Positions 24,683 to 37,220 of a DNA stretch of 64,000 bases are shown here, piece after piece; position 1 is the first letter of the stretch, and each line of letters starts with the position of its first letter. Source of the DNA: Felis catus. Its lineage: Eukaryota. Location of the stretch: contig NC_058368.1 of NCBI RefSeq assembly GCF_018350175.1, positions 180,236,001-180,300,000 on the forward strand. The letters are read 5' to 3'. The notes beneath the pieces were generated by a model. It made no database searches and was not told where the DNA came from. It saw nothing but the letters and a program-made list of their open reading frames with translations. A program made the translations under genes and the position numbers.

Positions 24683-25400
24683 ATGTTGTTCAGCAGAAAT
24701 TTTTACTATTCCATCTTTCAGACACATAGTGGATTGTACTTCCCGGCTCCTTTTTGATTGGGTACATTCATATGACTAGTCCTGGCCAACTTGTTGAGTG
24801 AATTGTGATTGGAAATGATGTGCACTACTTCTCAGCTAGATCACTTAATCACCTGTGTGAGAGCTTTCAGAATCATCTTTTCCCTTTAGTTTGACAACCA
24901 GCAACATTCAAGATAGTGGCTGCTCTGACAGCTTGATCTCTAAGTGATGAAAATTAACAGAGGTCCTGTCTCCTCATTCACCCACCAAATAATGAAGGTG
25001 CTGTGGTGTAAGGGAGAAAATAAACTGTTCATTTAGGCATAGACTTGGGGATTGGTTACCATAGCATGATCCATTTGATATATCTATCCCAACTGATACA
25101 GAAATTGGATCAAATAGGAATGCCACTGAATGCCAAAAACCTAAAATATGTGGCACTGGATTAGGGGCCAGCGGCAGGTGGTGAAGAAACCACTATGAAA
25201 GGACAAAAGGATGGTGATTCATATTATGAAGAAGTGAAGCTTTGGTCACCTGATAACTTGGAAGGTAGGAAATGTGCCAGTGAACTTGGGGCCTTAAGGG
25301 AAGTCGAAAAAGAGTGTTAGTAGCATATATTGGCAGCTTTGTTTCCGTTTGATCATGTACTCCAAGAAACAGATGGGTTCAGGAAAGAATTGGACAAGGA
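24683..25400 (+). mobile_element. Old MLT1 (ERVL-MaLR) LTR plus adjoining internal fragment
   Basis: LTR-like end gagaaaataaactgtt..ttggttaccatagca..actgataca then gaaattgg..aaaacctaaaatatgtggcactgg. Confidence 0.6.
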
Positions 25401-25884
25401 ATTCAGCAAGGAAGTAACTAAAGTGGACCATGAGATCTTAGCCAGGTAAGGAAGCAGGGAGTTGAAGGAGTGGTAAAAGATGGTGGATCAGAGTGTTGGG
25501 GGCCTTCATGGGGTTGGATGATTGCTGGATCTACCTTTTTTTTTTTTTTGAGAGAGAAAGAAAGGTTGCACAAGTAGGGGAGGGGCAGAGGAGGAGAGAA
25601 AGAGAGGGAGGGGGAGAAAGAGAGAATCTCAAGCAGTTTCCAAGCTCAGCACAGAGAAGAGAAAGATACTGTTTTCCATAAAAACAACTTCTGGTTTCCC
25701 CCTCAGCTTTTTTTGTCCGGTGTTTCTGAAAGCCTTCTTGTTTGGCAGAGATAGAGCACTCGGCCACACACAATGGCTACTGCATGTAGCCAGAATTTTT
25801 TTTTTTTACCATAAACAACAACTTTAACAAGATGTAGTAAGTTCTCTGACCAAAAGAAATGCAGAACAACAGGGTTATTCTAGC

Positions 25885-26085
25885 CTTTTTTAAAAAAAGT
25901 TATTTATTTGAGAGAGAGAAAGACACAGGAAGGGCAGAAAGAGAGGGAGAGAGAGAGAATCCCAAGCAGGTTCTGCGCTGTCAGCACAGAGCCCGATGAA
26001 GGGCTCAAACTCAAGACCCATGAGATCATGGCCTGAGCCGAAATCAAGAGTCAATCATTTAACCAATGGAGCCACCTGGGAGCCC
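25885..26085 (-). mobile_element. Can-SINE
   Basis: Antisense body; TSD tattctagcct. A partial SINE also lies at ~25533-25655. Confidence 0.9.
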
Positions 26086-26391
26086 TATTCTAGCCTAAGC
26101 ATAGGAGAGGACAGATAGGAGAAACAGGAGACATGGGAAGAGGGGACAGGGAAGACTACCTACAGGACATGTCTGAGCCAAGTCTTGAAAGCATGAGGAA
26201 GGAGTAAGTCAAATAGGGGATGTGGAGAAGAAACTACTCTACAGGAAGAAATGATCATGAGCAAGGCCCACTAGTATGAAACACAAGGCCATACAGGCAA
26301 TTTAGAGGTTCTGAAACAAAGTTCAAAGCAGTATGAAACAAGATTGAAGTTGTCAGAAGTTGGCCCCTGATGGGCTTTGAATGCCAGATGC

Positions 26392-26639
26392 CGTTTTAGT
26401 CATTCAGGGTACTGTAACAAAACACCACAGACAAGGTAGTTTATAGACAACAGGAACCTACTCCTCGCAGTGCTGGAGTCTGAGGTCAGGGAGCCAGTGT
26501 GGTTGGACTCCGGTAAAGGTGCTCTTCCAGCTTGTAGAGCACCAGCTTCTCGCTGTGCCCTCATGTGGCAGAAGGGGAAGAGACCTGTTGGGGCCTCTTT
26601 TTTCAAAAAATGTTTTTAACATTTATTTATTATGTTATT

Positions 26640-26683
<44 letters not shown>

Positions 26684-26940
26684 GCACGAGTGCAGGAGGG
26701 GCAGAGAGAGAGGGAGACACAGAATCCGAAGCAGGCTCCAGGCTCTGAGATGTCAACATAGAGCCAAACGCGGGGCTCGAACTCACAAACCGGGAGATCA
26801 TAACCTGAGCCGAAGTCAGATGCTCAACCGACTGAGCCACCCAGGTGCCTCTGGGGGCCTCTTTTGTAAGGCACGGATCCCATTGGAGAGGACTCTGCCT
26901 TCATGACCTAATCCCTTTTCAAAGTCCCCACCTCCTAAGT
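26392..26940 (-). mobile_element. MLT1A/B-type MaLR LTR interrupted by a feline SINE (26600-26851, -)
   Basis: ttagtcattcagggtactgtaacaaaacaccacagac start; SINE TSD tggggg?cctctttt. Confidence 0.75.
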
Positions 26941-26944
26941 CGGT

Positions 26945-27190
26945 TCTGTGTCCCAATTCCAAAATATGGAGACAATTTTCCCTCCATACCACCACCAATT
27001 CTCCAACACCATCTAGCTGTCCTACAATTCAACTGAACTCTGACATTCCCTACCTGGAGATAGCCTCAGATCCCACAGGCTGAGGGCTCAGTCCCCCAAG
27101 ATTCCACACTCCCAACGTCAGATGCCAACAGTAAGCCCTGGTTATTACCTGTGCTTCTGACTGACCAGCTATAAATCAGAGGCTCCCCAG
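26945..27190. mobile_element. MER21-like LTR fragment
   Basis: caattctccaacacc..gtcctacaattcaactgaactctgac..ctacctggagatagcctcagatcccacagg. Confidence 0.65.
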
Positions 27191-27509
27191 AATTCTTGTG
27201 TGATGTTTTCAGGCAACCAGGTCCTCCAGGCAGAGGTTTGGCTGGAGGCAGTAGGTGGAAAAGTGTTTAATGGACAGTGGACATAGAGCCATATCTGATT
27301 GGAGACTTGGTGGCCACCAGGGAGTGGGAATGGCAAGCATGAGAAATTGAAGGAAAATGCAAAGGCAACATTTTGGAAAGAAATCTATAAATGTTTTTGC
27401 TCAAGAGCCAGAAAAGCCCATACAAGACAACTTAAGTATTGAGTACTACTTAGAGTCTAGATAAGGAAATAAACATCACAGATTCTGGCCCCTGATTAAA
27501 TATAGATGT

Positions 27510-28083
27510 GTAATCTCTCATGTCTGATCAGAGGTGATCACAAAGGCTTTACTCGGCAGACAGGGTGCTGGGGGGTGCACAGGGGGAAGCCGCCTCTCCA
27601 TGCCAGATTTGGTGCACAGCCTGCACACTGAGGTCTCTGAAGGACTCTGGGCCCGCGGCAGGTAAATTTACTCTTCTACCCCATCCCCTCCATATATAGG
27701 TCTCTATCTGAAGCCTTAGAGATCTCCTTCAGGCACCTCTGCCACCTTCTGGAGGCAGCAGGAGAAATTGAAGACACTTTTCCCCTCTCTGACTTAGTAC
27801 TCAGAACTTCTCCAGTCCTAGCCTTTCCCATCATCCCCGCACAACCTACCTTAGGGTCCGTAAAATTGCTGAAGCCTTTTGTTCCAGATGCTGGGAAGGG
27901 TGAGATGACTGCCCACCCCCATCATGGGGCTCTTATCTCCCTGACCCTCAAGCAGGGCCGATGGAATAGGGGAGTCAGCACTTTCTCTAGTTTTAGCTTC
28001 TTGCTCATTCCATGGCACTAATTAAAACTTAATTCTGACACCTGACAGCTCAGTGCTCTCCCAGCTCAGCTGAACTTTTGACA
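27510..28083 (+). mobile_element. Possible solo LTR of unidentified family
   Basis: TATA-like gtaaaa ~27860, attaaa ~28021, ends ..tgaca; no TSD found. Confidence 0.35.
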
Positions 28084-28317
28084 AACACGATCTGCATGCA
28101 GCCCTCAGGGGCGAAATGGACAGCAACATCGGTAACTTTGTTTTCAAGCATAGACTTTAATCCTCCTCGTTTTTGGAATCTTAGGGAATATCCTGGCCTG
28201 TCATAGAGGCCCCAAGTACCAGCAGGTACTGGAGAAAAGTTCAGTTTGTCTTTCAGTTATTCAAAATACTATCCTAAATTTGCCTTTCCCAATCAAAGAC
28301 AAGAATGGTATGGGATT

Positions 28318-28640
28318 TTAAATAGTGGGTATCAGCCCTGGGTGCACATTAGAATCACCTGGGGGACTGATTAAAAAAATAAACACTGAAGCCAAGTCTT
28401 TCCCTAGAGTATTTGATGTTAATTTCACTAACTTAAAGAAACAACATAATCCTGTTCTAGAACATCCCAGATCTCCCACTTTCTAACCAAACCACATTGG
28501 GTGATTCATATCACTTTCCTGAGCCCCAGTTTCCTCATCTGTCATATGAGGGCAATAAAACTTGCCTCCAGGGGGGTGGTTAAGTTAAAAAAGTTGTCTG
28601 GAAGCACCTGACACATAGTATGTGCATACTTAGATATTGT
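28318..28640. mobile_element. MER5-like hAT fragment followed by MIR
   Basis: tgcacattagaatcacctgggg (MER5); ctgagccccagtttcctcatctgt..cctgacacatagta (MIR). Confidence 0.6.
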
Positions 28641-30135
28641 CTCAATCAGAACATGAATCAAGAGCTTTCAGAAGAGGGATTTCCTCTGGGCCCAAAGGCC
28701 TGGAAGACTATTTGAAAGAGTTAGATTTGCCTCCTTAAGAAGGAATGTTGACATTTGTGTGGGTAGAGAGACAAAGGGGCCACTCTAAGACATAAGCAAT
28801 GAGAACACCTGCTCTGGGCCCCATACTTTACAGGACTTTGCTCTGGCCTTCCTCTGTCAGCACCTTGTCCCACAGGGCAAGGAGGCTATAGGAAACAAGT
28901 GCCATGCACCCCAGGAGCCCACGTCCCCATCTTCTAGATCGTGGATCAGACACCAGAACCCAGCCTGGTCAGCCTGGACCTGCTTCTATTGTATTCCCCC
29001 AGCCAGTTCTCCTGGGAGATAACACTCCCAGTTTGCAACTCTAGTCCCACAGAGTGCCTTAAAGAAGGCTATTTAAAAGGCGTGGGGACAGACCTTGGAT
29101 TTGAAGGCTGGGATACTACAGACGTGTGCATGAGGCCTTTCCGGGTATGCAGGAGATGAGGGGTGGAAAGAGGAAGGGCAGGCCATGGGCCAGGCAGGGG
29201 CTTTCATATATTCTCTTTCTCCAGACCACACAAATATTAGAAGTAGCTCCAACAGCACTGTTCATTTTACAGCAATTCATTAAGCTGAACATTTACATTT
29301 CAGTATTTTTCTGGTACATTTGTTCTCATTATGAGATGTAAAATAATATTTTTAAAATCAAATAATGCTTAGCTCCATGCCTGAGACCTCATAAGTGCTT
29401 GAAAAATACGAGTGAAGCAGAATCCAAACATACTCACTGCAGCTCAGATGTACATCTTGCTTTGTAGTAGGATTGCAGCTCGAGAGGAAACCGCCAATTT
29501 AAAGGAAGTTGGTTTCTTCCATTTTAAAACAGTCTCTTTTGGATAAAGTTCCGTTCTCACAGGTCTTCACCCTCTCTAGCCTTCCTCCCTTTATCCCAGA
29601 AGGCATCTGGGCAGGGGGAGGCTGACAGACATCATGGTGATGGTGAGGGTAGGTGAGATTGGATCTGTGTGTTCTCTGCTCCCCCGCACCAGCTTGTGCT
29701 GACTTACTTTGGCGGAGATCATCACTCCTGATCCTCAAGTATCAGCCTTTTACCTTCATGCACCTGCTGCAGAGGTGACTGCGGGAGGCCATGCACTAAA
29801 TGCTTGGGCCAGGCTCTGCTGTGGCTCTTGCTAGGCAGTTGATTCTCTGAAACTCAGCAACAACTTCTATCCAGCTTTCAGCTTGAATATCAGGCCCAAC
29901 TGAAACCCTACTAAGTTTGCCACCCCCGATTCCAGTGCAACCTTTGGCTTTTATGCTAATTCCTAATTCTCAGCTAACTTGTCATCTTATATTGCCAATA
30001 AGAGGAAACCTGGGAGGGAAGAACAACATGCAGAGCTCTGTGCAGGTATTTCGCATTGCACGTGGGTTTCCTCAGTCAATCTTCACAAGCCAGTAAGAGA
30101 GGCATTTTAGCTGAAGGTTCCTGTCCCTCCCTAGT

Positions 30136-30762
30136 GTTATAGGCTGAGCTGTGTTCCTCTAAATTCAAGTGTTGAAGCCTTAACCCTCAATGTGACTGTA
30201 TTTGGAGATGGGGCCTTTAAGAGGTAATTAAGGTTAAATGAGGTCATTAAGGTGGGGCCCTAATTTGATAGGACTGGTGTCCTTAGAAGAAAAGGAAGAA
30301 GGGCACCTGGGTGGCTCAGTCAGTTAAGAGTCCGACTTTGGCTCAGATCATGATCTCATGGTTTGTGGGTTCAAGCCCCGTGTCAGGCTGTATGCTGACA
30401 GCTCAGAACCTGCTTCAGATTCTTTCTCTCTCTCTCTCTCTCTCTGTGCCCCTCCCGTACTTGCATTCTGTCTCTCTCAAAAATAAATAAAACATTAAAA
30501 ATTGAAAAAAAAGAGGAAGAGACACCAAAGATAGCTTTCCCTATCCCCTTCTCCTCTCCCCTTCTGCCCCCCAACATGCACACAGAGAAAGACCATGTAA
30601 GGACACAGGGAGATGGCAGCCATCAACAAGTGAAGGGGAGAGGGTCACTGGAAACCAACTCTGCTGGCACCCTGCCCTTGGACTTCCAGCCACCAGACAC
30701 GTGAGAAAATTAGGCATCCAGACTGTGGTATTTTGCAATGATGGCCCAAGCAGTCTAAGACA
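30136..30762 (+). mobile_element. MLT1A/B MaLR LTR interrupted by a Can-SINE (30301-30510)
   Basis: tgttataggctgagctgtgt..tgtgactgtatttggagatggggcctttaag..ctaagaca. Confidence 0.8.
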
Positions 30763-32966
30763 CCTAGAAATCACAGTTTAATACCTTCTGGGAACTCAAA
30801 CATTCTTGGCCTTGAGCATCTCAGGTGACCCTGAGCATTCACTGCTGCCTATTTCCTGAGCCTCACTGCCCCCTGGAGTTACAGTCCCATACTTTCCCCT
30901 GCCTTTATTCTCCAAATCAGGTTCCAGCTTCCTTCCTATTTTCCCTTAGTTCTAATTCCCATATTTCTCTTGGTACTTACCATGTTGTTACATTGGCCCA
31001 GGAACGCATCTGCAACTCAGAGACAATCTTTAGGAGGCTGTTTTCATGCCATTTCTCCATTGATAGTCTCATCTCAAGCAGGTTCAGACATGGACTATAA
31101 ATTGTCCCTGTGTATGCATGTGAGGGTTCTCCTGCCAAGGGAAGAGGCTGAGTTTTCCTTGTTCTGTCTCCCACCCTGGGGAACAGACACCCTGTAAAGA
31201 AGAACCAAGTGTATCTTCTTGAGGCTGAGCTCACTTTGACAGAGGCTGGATCCTGTAATGCTCTGGAAGTTTCTTGCAAGTCTATCCCCAGCCTCAGGGG
31301 TTCATCCCAGCATCAAATTGATAAGCCTAGGACTGAAAAGAGGGCTTTTCAAAGCAAAAGAGCCAGCATAGATTTCCATGGAAGGGCCACAGATTTCTGA
31401 GTCAGATTCCTGTGTATTTGATTTATGGCTGAAAGCCCTATGGGAAGAACTTAAGCAAGTCATGTCATCTCTCTGAACTGTAGTTTTCTCACTAAATGGG
31501 AAAAACAATCCTTGCCTTTCAGGATTGTAATGAAGATTTCACACTCTTTTTTGGAAATGACTAGTTGGGTTTTTGTAGACATCTATTCCATTCACCCTAT
31601 TTCACCTGAGTGACTCTGGCCAACAAATCTGAACTGTAGCTCTTGGCCTGCAGTATAGCTTTGGTGTGCATGTGGTGGGGGAATGAAGGGAGGTGAGGAG
31701 GGATGGATGGATGCCTTTTTAAAAATCTAATTTATCTAATTTTGTTCAGGAAATATCCTCTCAGAAAATGCAGACTAACTTCAGTCTCTGCCCCCAGCAC
31801 ATCTTTAGGAAGGCAGAACCATTCTCCTAATAATGCATTCCTGAGTAATAATTCCCAGACTCAATATCAATGACCTTGGCAATTGGCAATGGGGATTTTC
31901 TTTAATGTATGAGTAAATGAATAAATAAAATGTCTTTTAAAGGACTGGTTTTGGAACATTCCCAGCCCTCCTGGGATTGCTTATTCTCCCACTCCCTTTG
32001 GGCTAGTTTAGAGAGCCAGAATTGAATGTAATGAGTCCAGCAACTCAAGATCTGTAGGAAATGGCTTTCAGAGACAGGTACTTTCTGAAGTCCTTTATAT
32101 GGTTGTTTCTCAGACACTTGGTGATACCACTTTGGGCATATTATGCCTTGCAGTAGGAACACTCTGTGAAGTAGATCTATCTCCTACTTCCCTGCCCTGT
32201 TTTGCTTTTTTGAAATCTAAAGGTAACACAGGGAAGTGGAAGAAAGAACACAATGAAACCACAGAACTCCGTTCTGTGTGTGTCCACATGTTGGGACTTG
32301 CGATCTGTCCAGTGTGGGCCATGCAGAGGAGAGTTAAGATCCCACTGGCATAGAGGAAATAGCAGTGAATTTAGAGCCCAAAAATTGGGATTTAGATTCT
32401 GTCTCCTAACTAGTTATACAAACTTGGGCAACTAATGTACCTTCAGAAGCCCTGTTGTTTTCCATGCAAAAGGAAAATGTTTAACAAAGCCATCTCAGAG
32501 CTGGTATGATGAGTTAATGAACTAGGGAATGCAAATGGTCTTAGTTGAAGAGTAAAGTACTAAATATATATTGTACTGGAACTCTGGCTTCGAGTCAGAC
32601 AAATTAGGTGTGTTACACTACACTATTTTCCATCGATATCCAGTGCCACTCCCTGGAGTAAGGCTTGATTGTGTAATTTTGCCAATGTAAACCGAAGTGC
32701 CCCCTCAATTCCAATGAGGACTTTACAGGCTTAATAGCAATTCCCCAGCTCTCTACTCCCTGCCCCTGTGATGAGAAAGCATGTGTGAAGAGAAGCTGAG
32801 GGGCCTGCAGGGCCCTCGGTGATGAGAGTAAGCACAGCTCCCATGCTCTCCCTTGATGGGTTCCTATCAAGAGCTACTTTAGCTTTTTTGGGAGTTGGGG
32901 ATTGATTGTTACTGCAGCAAAACCGTCTGGCCTCCTGATACACCTGGGTACTGTTTCTTTAGACCA

Positions 32967-32972
32967 TTTAAT
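32967..32972 (-). terminator. Candidate FBLL1 polyadenylation signal ATTAAA
   Basis: ATTAAA on the minus strand ~100 nt after the FBLL1 stop. Confidence 0.5.
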
Positions 32973-33069
32973 AGAAGAAAGAAAAACAACACACAAAGAA
33001 AACACATATATGGTTATACTGAACACGGCACAGTCTTGGGGAGATCTCAAGGACAGCCCTTGCTGAGTG

Positions 33070-34065
33070 CTACTTGCTGCTGCCCTTGGGAAGGGGCCGG
33101 TAGACCCCGACGACTACAGCGTGGTCCCTCTCATAGGGCTCCAGGGTCAGTTGCTCTTGAGGCTTTAAGTTCTCCTGCTGCAACTTCCTCACCTCTGAAG
33201 CAAACACCGCCTCAGCAGATGCAGTGGAGTCGATGCAATTGGCCTTAATGGAAATAAGGAAGTGGCCCCCGTTACGCAGGAAGGTGTGGGCATTCAGAGC
33301 CACTATGCGGGACTGGTCAGGCTGGGCCACATCGGCAAAGATCACATCCACCATTCCTATGAGCATGCGGTACTTGAGTGGGTGCCGGGCATCTTCGAGA
33401 ACTGGGATGATGTTGGTTCGCTGCTTGGCCACATTAACCAGATCGCGGCCAGCGCGGTGGGAGAACTCAACCGCATACACGAGGCCATCGGGGCCGATGA
33501 TGTCAGAGACGTGAGACACCGTGGTCCCCGAGGCAGCACCCAGGTACAGCACTTTGGACTTGGGCTTGATGTGGATCTGGTCGACCCCGCCCAGGATTGC
33601 GGCTGCCAGCTTGGAGCGGAAGGGGTTCCATGTGCGGTATTCCTGCTTCACGCCGCCCTCAGTCACTGTGATGCGCCGTTCGCCGTACACCGAGTGGCCC
33701 GGCACCATATTCAGCGTTACCAGCGCGTCCTCCGCTCCGCGGTAGATGAAGACACCCTCATGCCTGTGTGGCTCCACCGTCACAGCATTGGCGCCCTTCC
33801 GCCGGCGGTTTTTGCTCCTGGCCACGCCGCCACGCCGCTGCCCGCTGCCACCACGGTCCCTGCTGTCCCCGCCTCCGCGCCCCCGCCCCCGGCCTCCGCC
33901 CCCGAAGCCACGCGACCGCGCCCCGAAGCCGCCTTTGCCTCCGGGGCCGCCATCCCCTCCTCCTCCTTTGCCTCCTCCGCCTCGACCCCCGCCCCAGCCA
34001 CCACCCCAGCCGCCACCACCACGCCCACCGGACCCACCGCCGCGGGAACTTGAGGCAGACTTCAT
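33070..34065 (-). CDS. FBLL1: Fibrillarin-like 1, rRNA 2'-O-methyltransferase; single exon, 331 aa
   Basis: Intact ORF: N-terminal GAR domain, [13 protein letters not shown] motif [41 protein letters not shown] start and PANK3/RARS1 synteny distinguish it from FBL. Confidence 0.98.
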   Translation of the reverse strand: MKSASSSRGGGSGGRGGGGWGGGWGGGRGGGGKGGGGDGGPGGKGGFGARSRGFGGGGRGRGRGGGDSRDRGGSGQRRGGVARSKNRRRKGANAVTVEPHRHEGVFIYRGAEDALVTLNMVPGHSVYGERRITVTEGGVKQEYRTWNPFRSKLAAAILGGVDQIHIKPKSKVLYLGAASGTTVSHVSDIIGPDGLVYAVEFSHRAGRDLVNVAKQRTNIIPVLEDARHPLKYRMLIGMVDVIFADVAQPDQSRIVALNAHTFLRNGGHFLISIKANCIDSTASAEAVFASEVRKLQQENLKPQEQLTLEPYERDHAVVVGVYRPLPKGSSK

Positions 34066-34400
34066 GGTGCGCCCCCGGCCCCCGGGTGGCTAGCAGGGAT
34101 TGTAAGGTGTCGCAGATAACTGGCGGTGGTTGTTAGGGGTTACCAGTGGCTTGGAGCCGTTGTCAGGGGTCACCGGTGGTTCTGGATGGTGGTCCTGGCG
34201 TGGGACAAAGATTGCTAGCAGCGGTTGCTGGCTAGGTAGGCTAGCCACAGTGGGAGGCCGGGGCAAGGTGTGCGGCAGTCGGGAACAGCTCTACCGCAGT
34301 CCCCCCATCCTTGGAGCCGCCCTTTGACGCAGGGGCTGGCGTGATTGCATCACACCCGCTTTGGCGACCCTGCAGCCCCGGAAACCCCCCTTCCTAACCC
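33090..34400. promoter_or_regulatory. CpG island over the FBLL1 body and 5' region; putative promoter ~34320-34435
   Basis: Dense CpG/GC against a CpG-depleted background; TGACGC 34325, ATTGCATCA 34344-34352, CCGGAA ~34378, TTATAAA ~34424. Confidence 0.8.
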
Positions 34401-34684
34401 TCTTGCAGCTGCAGCCTGCTGCCTTATAAATCTTCCCCTTCCTCCTTGCTCGTCTCCTGCTCTTTCAGACACCTTTTGCACTTCTCCTGGGGTGCAGGGA
34501 AGGAAGCGTCTCCGCTGAGAGAGATGAAGAAGACAGCATCGGCTTTAGTTCTTGCTGTGCCACTTGCTGTGTGGTCTCAAGAAGCTTCCCTGACCCTCTC
34601 TGAGATTCTTGTTTCAACTTGACAAGTTTCTGGAACTGAGTCTCAACATCCCACCTGTAAAACAGAACCTATCTCAAAAGTTTG

Positions 34685-34853
34685 ATTGATTGATTTTTAA
34701 GTAGGCTTCTCGCCCAACTTGGAGCCCAACGCTAGGCTTAATAAAAGCCCGACTTGGGTGGTGAATTCGTGATCTCAAGTTCGGGACTTGAGATCAAGAC
34801 CTGAGCTGAGATCAAAAGTTGGCCGCTTAACTGACTGAGCCACGCAGGCGCCC
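34685..34853 (-). mobile_element. Short Can-SINE inserted at the end of a MIR (~34530-34680)
   Basis: Ends gagccacgcaggcgccc; TSD ctcaaaagttt. Confidence 0.8.
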
Positions 34854-34920
34854 TCAAAAGTTTTTTTAAAGTGCTACATACACTTATCCCAGACATGGCA
34901 CATGATAAGTACTCTGTTAG

Positions 34921-35007
34921 CCTTTCTTTCTTTTCTCTTTTCTTTTCTTTTCTTTTCTTTTCTTTTCTTTCTTTCTTTTCTTTTCTTTTCTTTCTTTCAT
35001 TTCTTTT
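34921..35007. repeat. (CTTTT)n/(CTTT)n polypyrimidine tract
   Basis: Seen directly; abuts an antisense L1 3' end fragment, so probably a decayed A tail. Confidence 0.9.
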
Positions 35008-36255
35008 AGTCTTTTTATTGAGATATAGTTTACATACAATAAATGCACAATTTTTTAAGTAAATGCCTCTTAGAGTTTTTGCCACCCTTGTAAAAATGGC
35101 TCTTGCACACTTATACAATGTTTATGAGAATGCAAATCGGTACACTTAATCGGTATAATATATCTATACTTTGACTTATTCTACTTTACAAATTTTATCC
35201 TAAAGGGATGATCCCAGCAATTACCAATGATACTAATTAGAACTGCTAGAGTGAGGATGGTAATGGCGGTTGTGATGATGATCATTGTTGTCAAAGAAGT
35301 TGCAGAGGTCAGATGAAGTAAACTAATCCAAGAGAAATATTTAGAAGACAGAAGTCATAGGACTTTCTGATGGAATGTATGTAGGTCAGAAGGAGGAAAA
35401 TTCCAAGCCAGAGATTGTCTCCTCTTTAATGGTTAATAATCTACAAGCTGCAGCCCTGGTTTCTCTCTCTTTAACTCTGCTCTTTTCCATCAACTGCACT
35501 AAGTCCCAGAACTCATTCTGGGATTATGGGGCAGCAAGAAATTGTTGTTTCTTCAGTGTGAATGGGGACACAAAAACCCAAGCCCTAAATCCTGTAACAT
35601 ACCTCAAGCAGGAAAAACCTCATGTTGACTCCTGAATTATAGTTTATTCTTCAAAAATCCACTCGTTCAGTCTGCATCATCATTTTGAGCATTAAAAACA
35701 AAACCAAAACACGGTGGGCATCACAAAGAGTAGAAAACAGGTGTAACGTGGAGGCCTGAACTTTCAGTCAGCACCACGGACAGCGACACCAACCGAGGAC
35801 CGGCTTGGGACTTGTCCAAGAGCAAGATAAGGGTGGTGTGGGTAGGTGAAATAAGCAACCCGTGGACCTCCCTGTTAGTGGAATTAAGTGCCTGCTCCAG
35901 AGAAAGACAAAATGTACCTGAAGATCGGGGCAAATGTCAGGCAGGGTGTACTGAATGTGCACATGCCAAATAAAGCTTTTATTTCATCCTGGACTCTTTC
36001 TCTTTCAAATTCATGGACAGCGACACCAGGTCTGGTTTTCTCAGAGGGCTAGAGTGCCTCCTTAATAGGGGCCATAAGTTTATGTGTTGGAATGTGGACA
36101 AGCAGTCAAAGAGTGCAATGTACAGTTCCTGAGGTGGATGATTGTTACAAAACATTCTCCTTAGAGGCTTCGCTATCATTATAAATTGAGGAGTGTTCTC
36201 CAAAATGATGAGCTATGCTTGCTGCCTTGGTAGGATTTCCCCCAAATCAGACCTT

Positions 36256-37220
36256 ATAATGGTTTATTTTATGGATAAATTTGACTGGACCATGGAATGC
36301 CCAGATGTTTGGTCAAACTTATTCTGGTGTTTCTGTGAGGGTGTTTGGGGATGAAATTAACATTTAAACCAGTAGCCTAACTACATAGAACAGTGTGCCC
36401 TTCATAATGTGAATGGGACTCATTCAATCCATTAGAGGCCCAAATAGAACAAAACGCTAACCCTTCCCAGAGTAAGAGAGAATTCTCTTGCCTGACAGCC
36501 TTTGAACTGGCACATTGACTCTTCCTGGTTTTACAGCAGCCTGCCTGCCTTCAGATTTGAACTCCCACATTAGCTCTGCAGATTTTGAACGTGTCAGTCT
36601 CTCTAATTGTGTGAACCACTTCTTTGTAATATCTATATATAGATGTAGATGTGGCTATAGATCTAGGTACAGATATAGATCAATCTATCTATACTGTTGG
36701 TTCTATTTCTCTGGAGGACAGACCCTGAGGCAAGAACATGGATCCAGGTTTTTTTTTTTTTTTTTTCAGGTGGTTTTTAAAGAGGTAATCCCAGGAATCA
36801 CATATAGGGGATGGGAAAATGAGACAGGAAGATAGAAAGACAGGAAGATAGGGCACATTAATTAGCAGATTACTGCAGTGGGAGATGGGGGCTCAGTTGT
36901 GTTGAGCACTCTCTGAGAAATTGTGTGGAGGGCATCTCATAATTGTTCTACTGCAGGCTGGGAAGCTAGGGCATTAATTCACCATTCTCCCTTTCGCTAT
37001 TGTTGGGAGTTGTTTCTGGGGAATTAACTCTCCTGCCTTTTGAGTTGCTCCTGTGTGTGGTTCAGCAAACTCCTATGATGCTGCAGAGAGCCATCAGACA
37101 GAGAGGCAGGCGCTTGGATGGGGAGCTGCTATCATGGTAGAAACTGTTTACCACAGCTGCAGATGAACTCAGAGCTGGGCCTGGGGGATATTGGGTAAGG
37201 CGCCAACAGTGCCCACTTCA
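36256..37220. mobile_element. MLT2 (ERVL) LTR (~36256-36722) followed by an old MLT1-type LTR
   Basis: tttgactggaccatggaatgcccagatgtttggtcaaac..ctgttggttctatttctctggag (MLT2); cagaccctgaggcaaga..gaggtaatcccaggaa (MLT1). Confidence 0.7.

Noticed and set aside
33262..34053. 263-aa + strand ORF and other ORFs overlapping FBLL1
   Set aside because: Antisense or alternate-frame shadows of a GC-rich, stop-poor CDS; low complexity, no recognisable domain.
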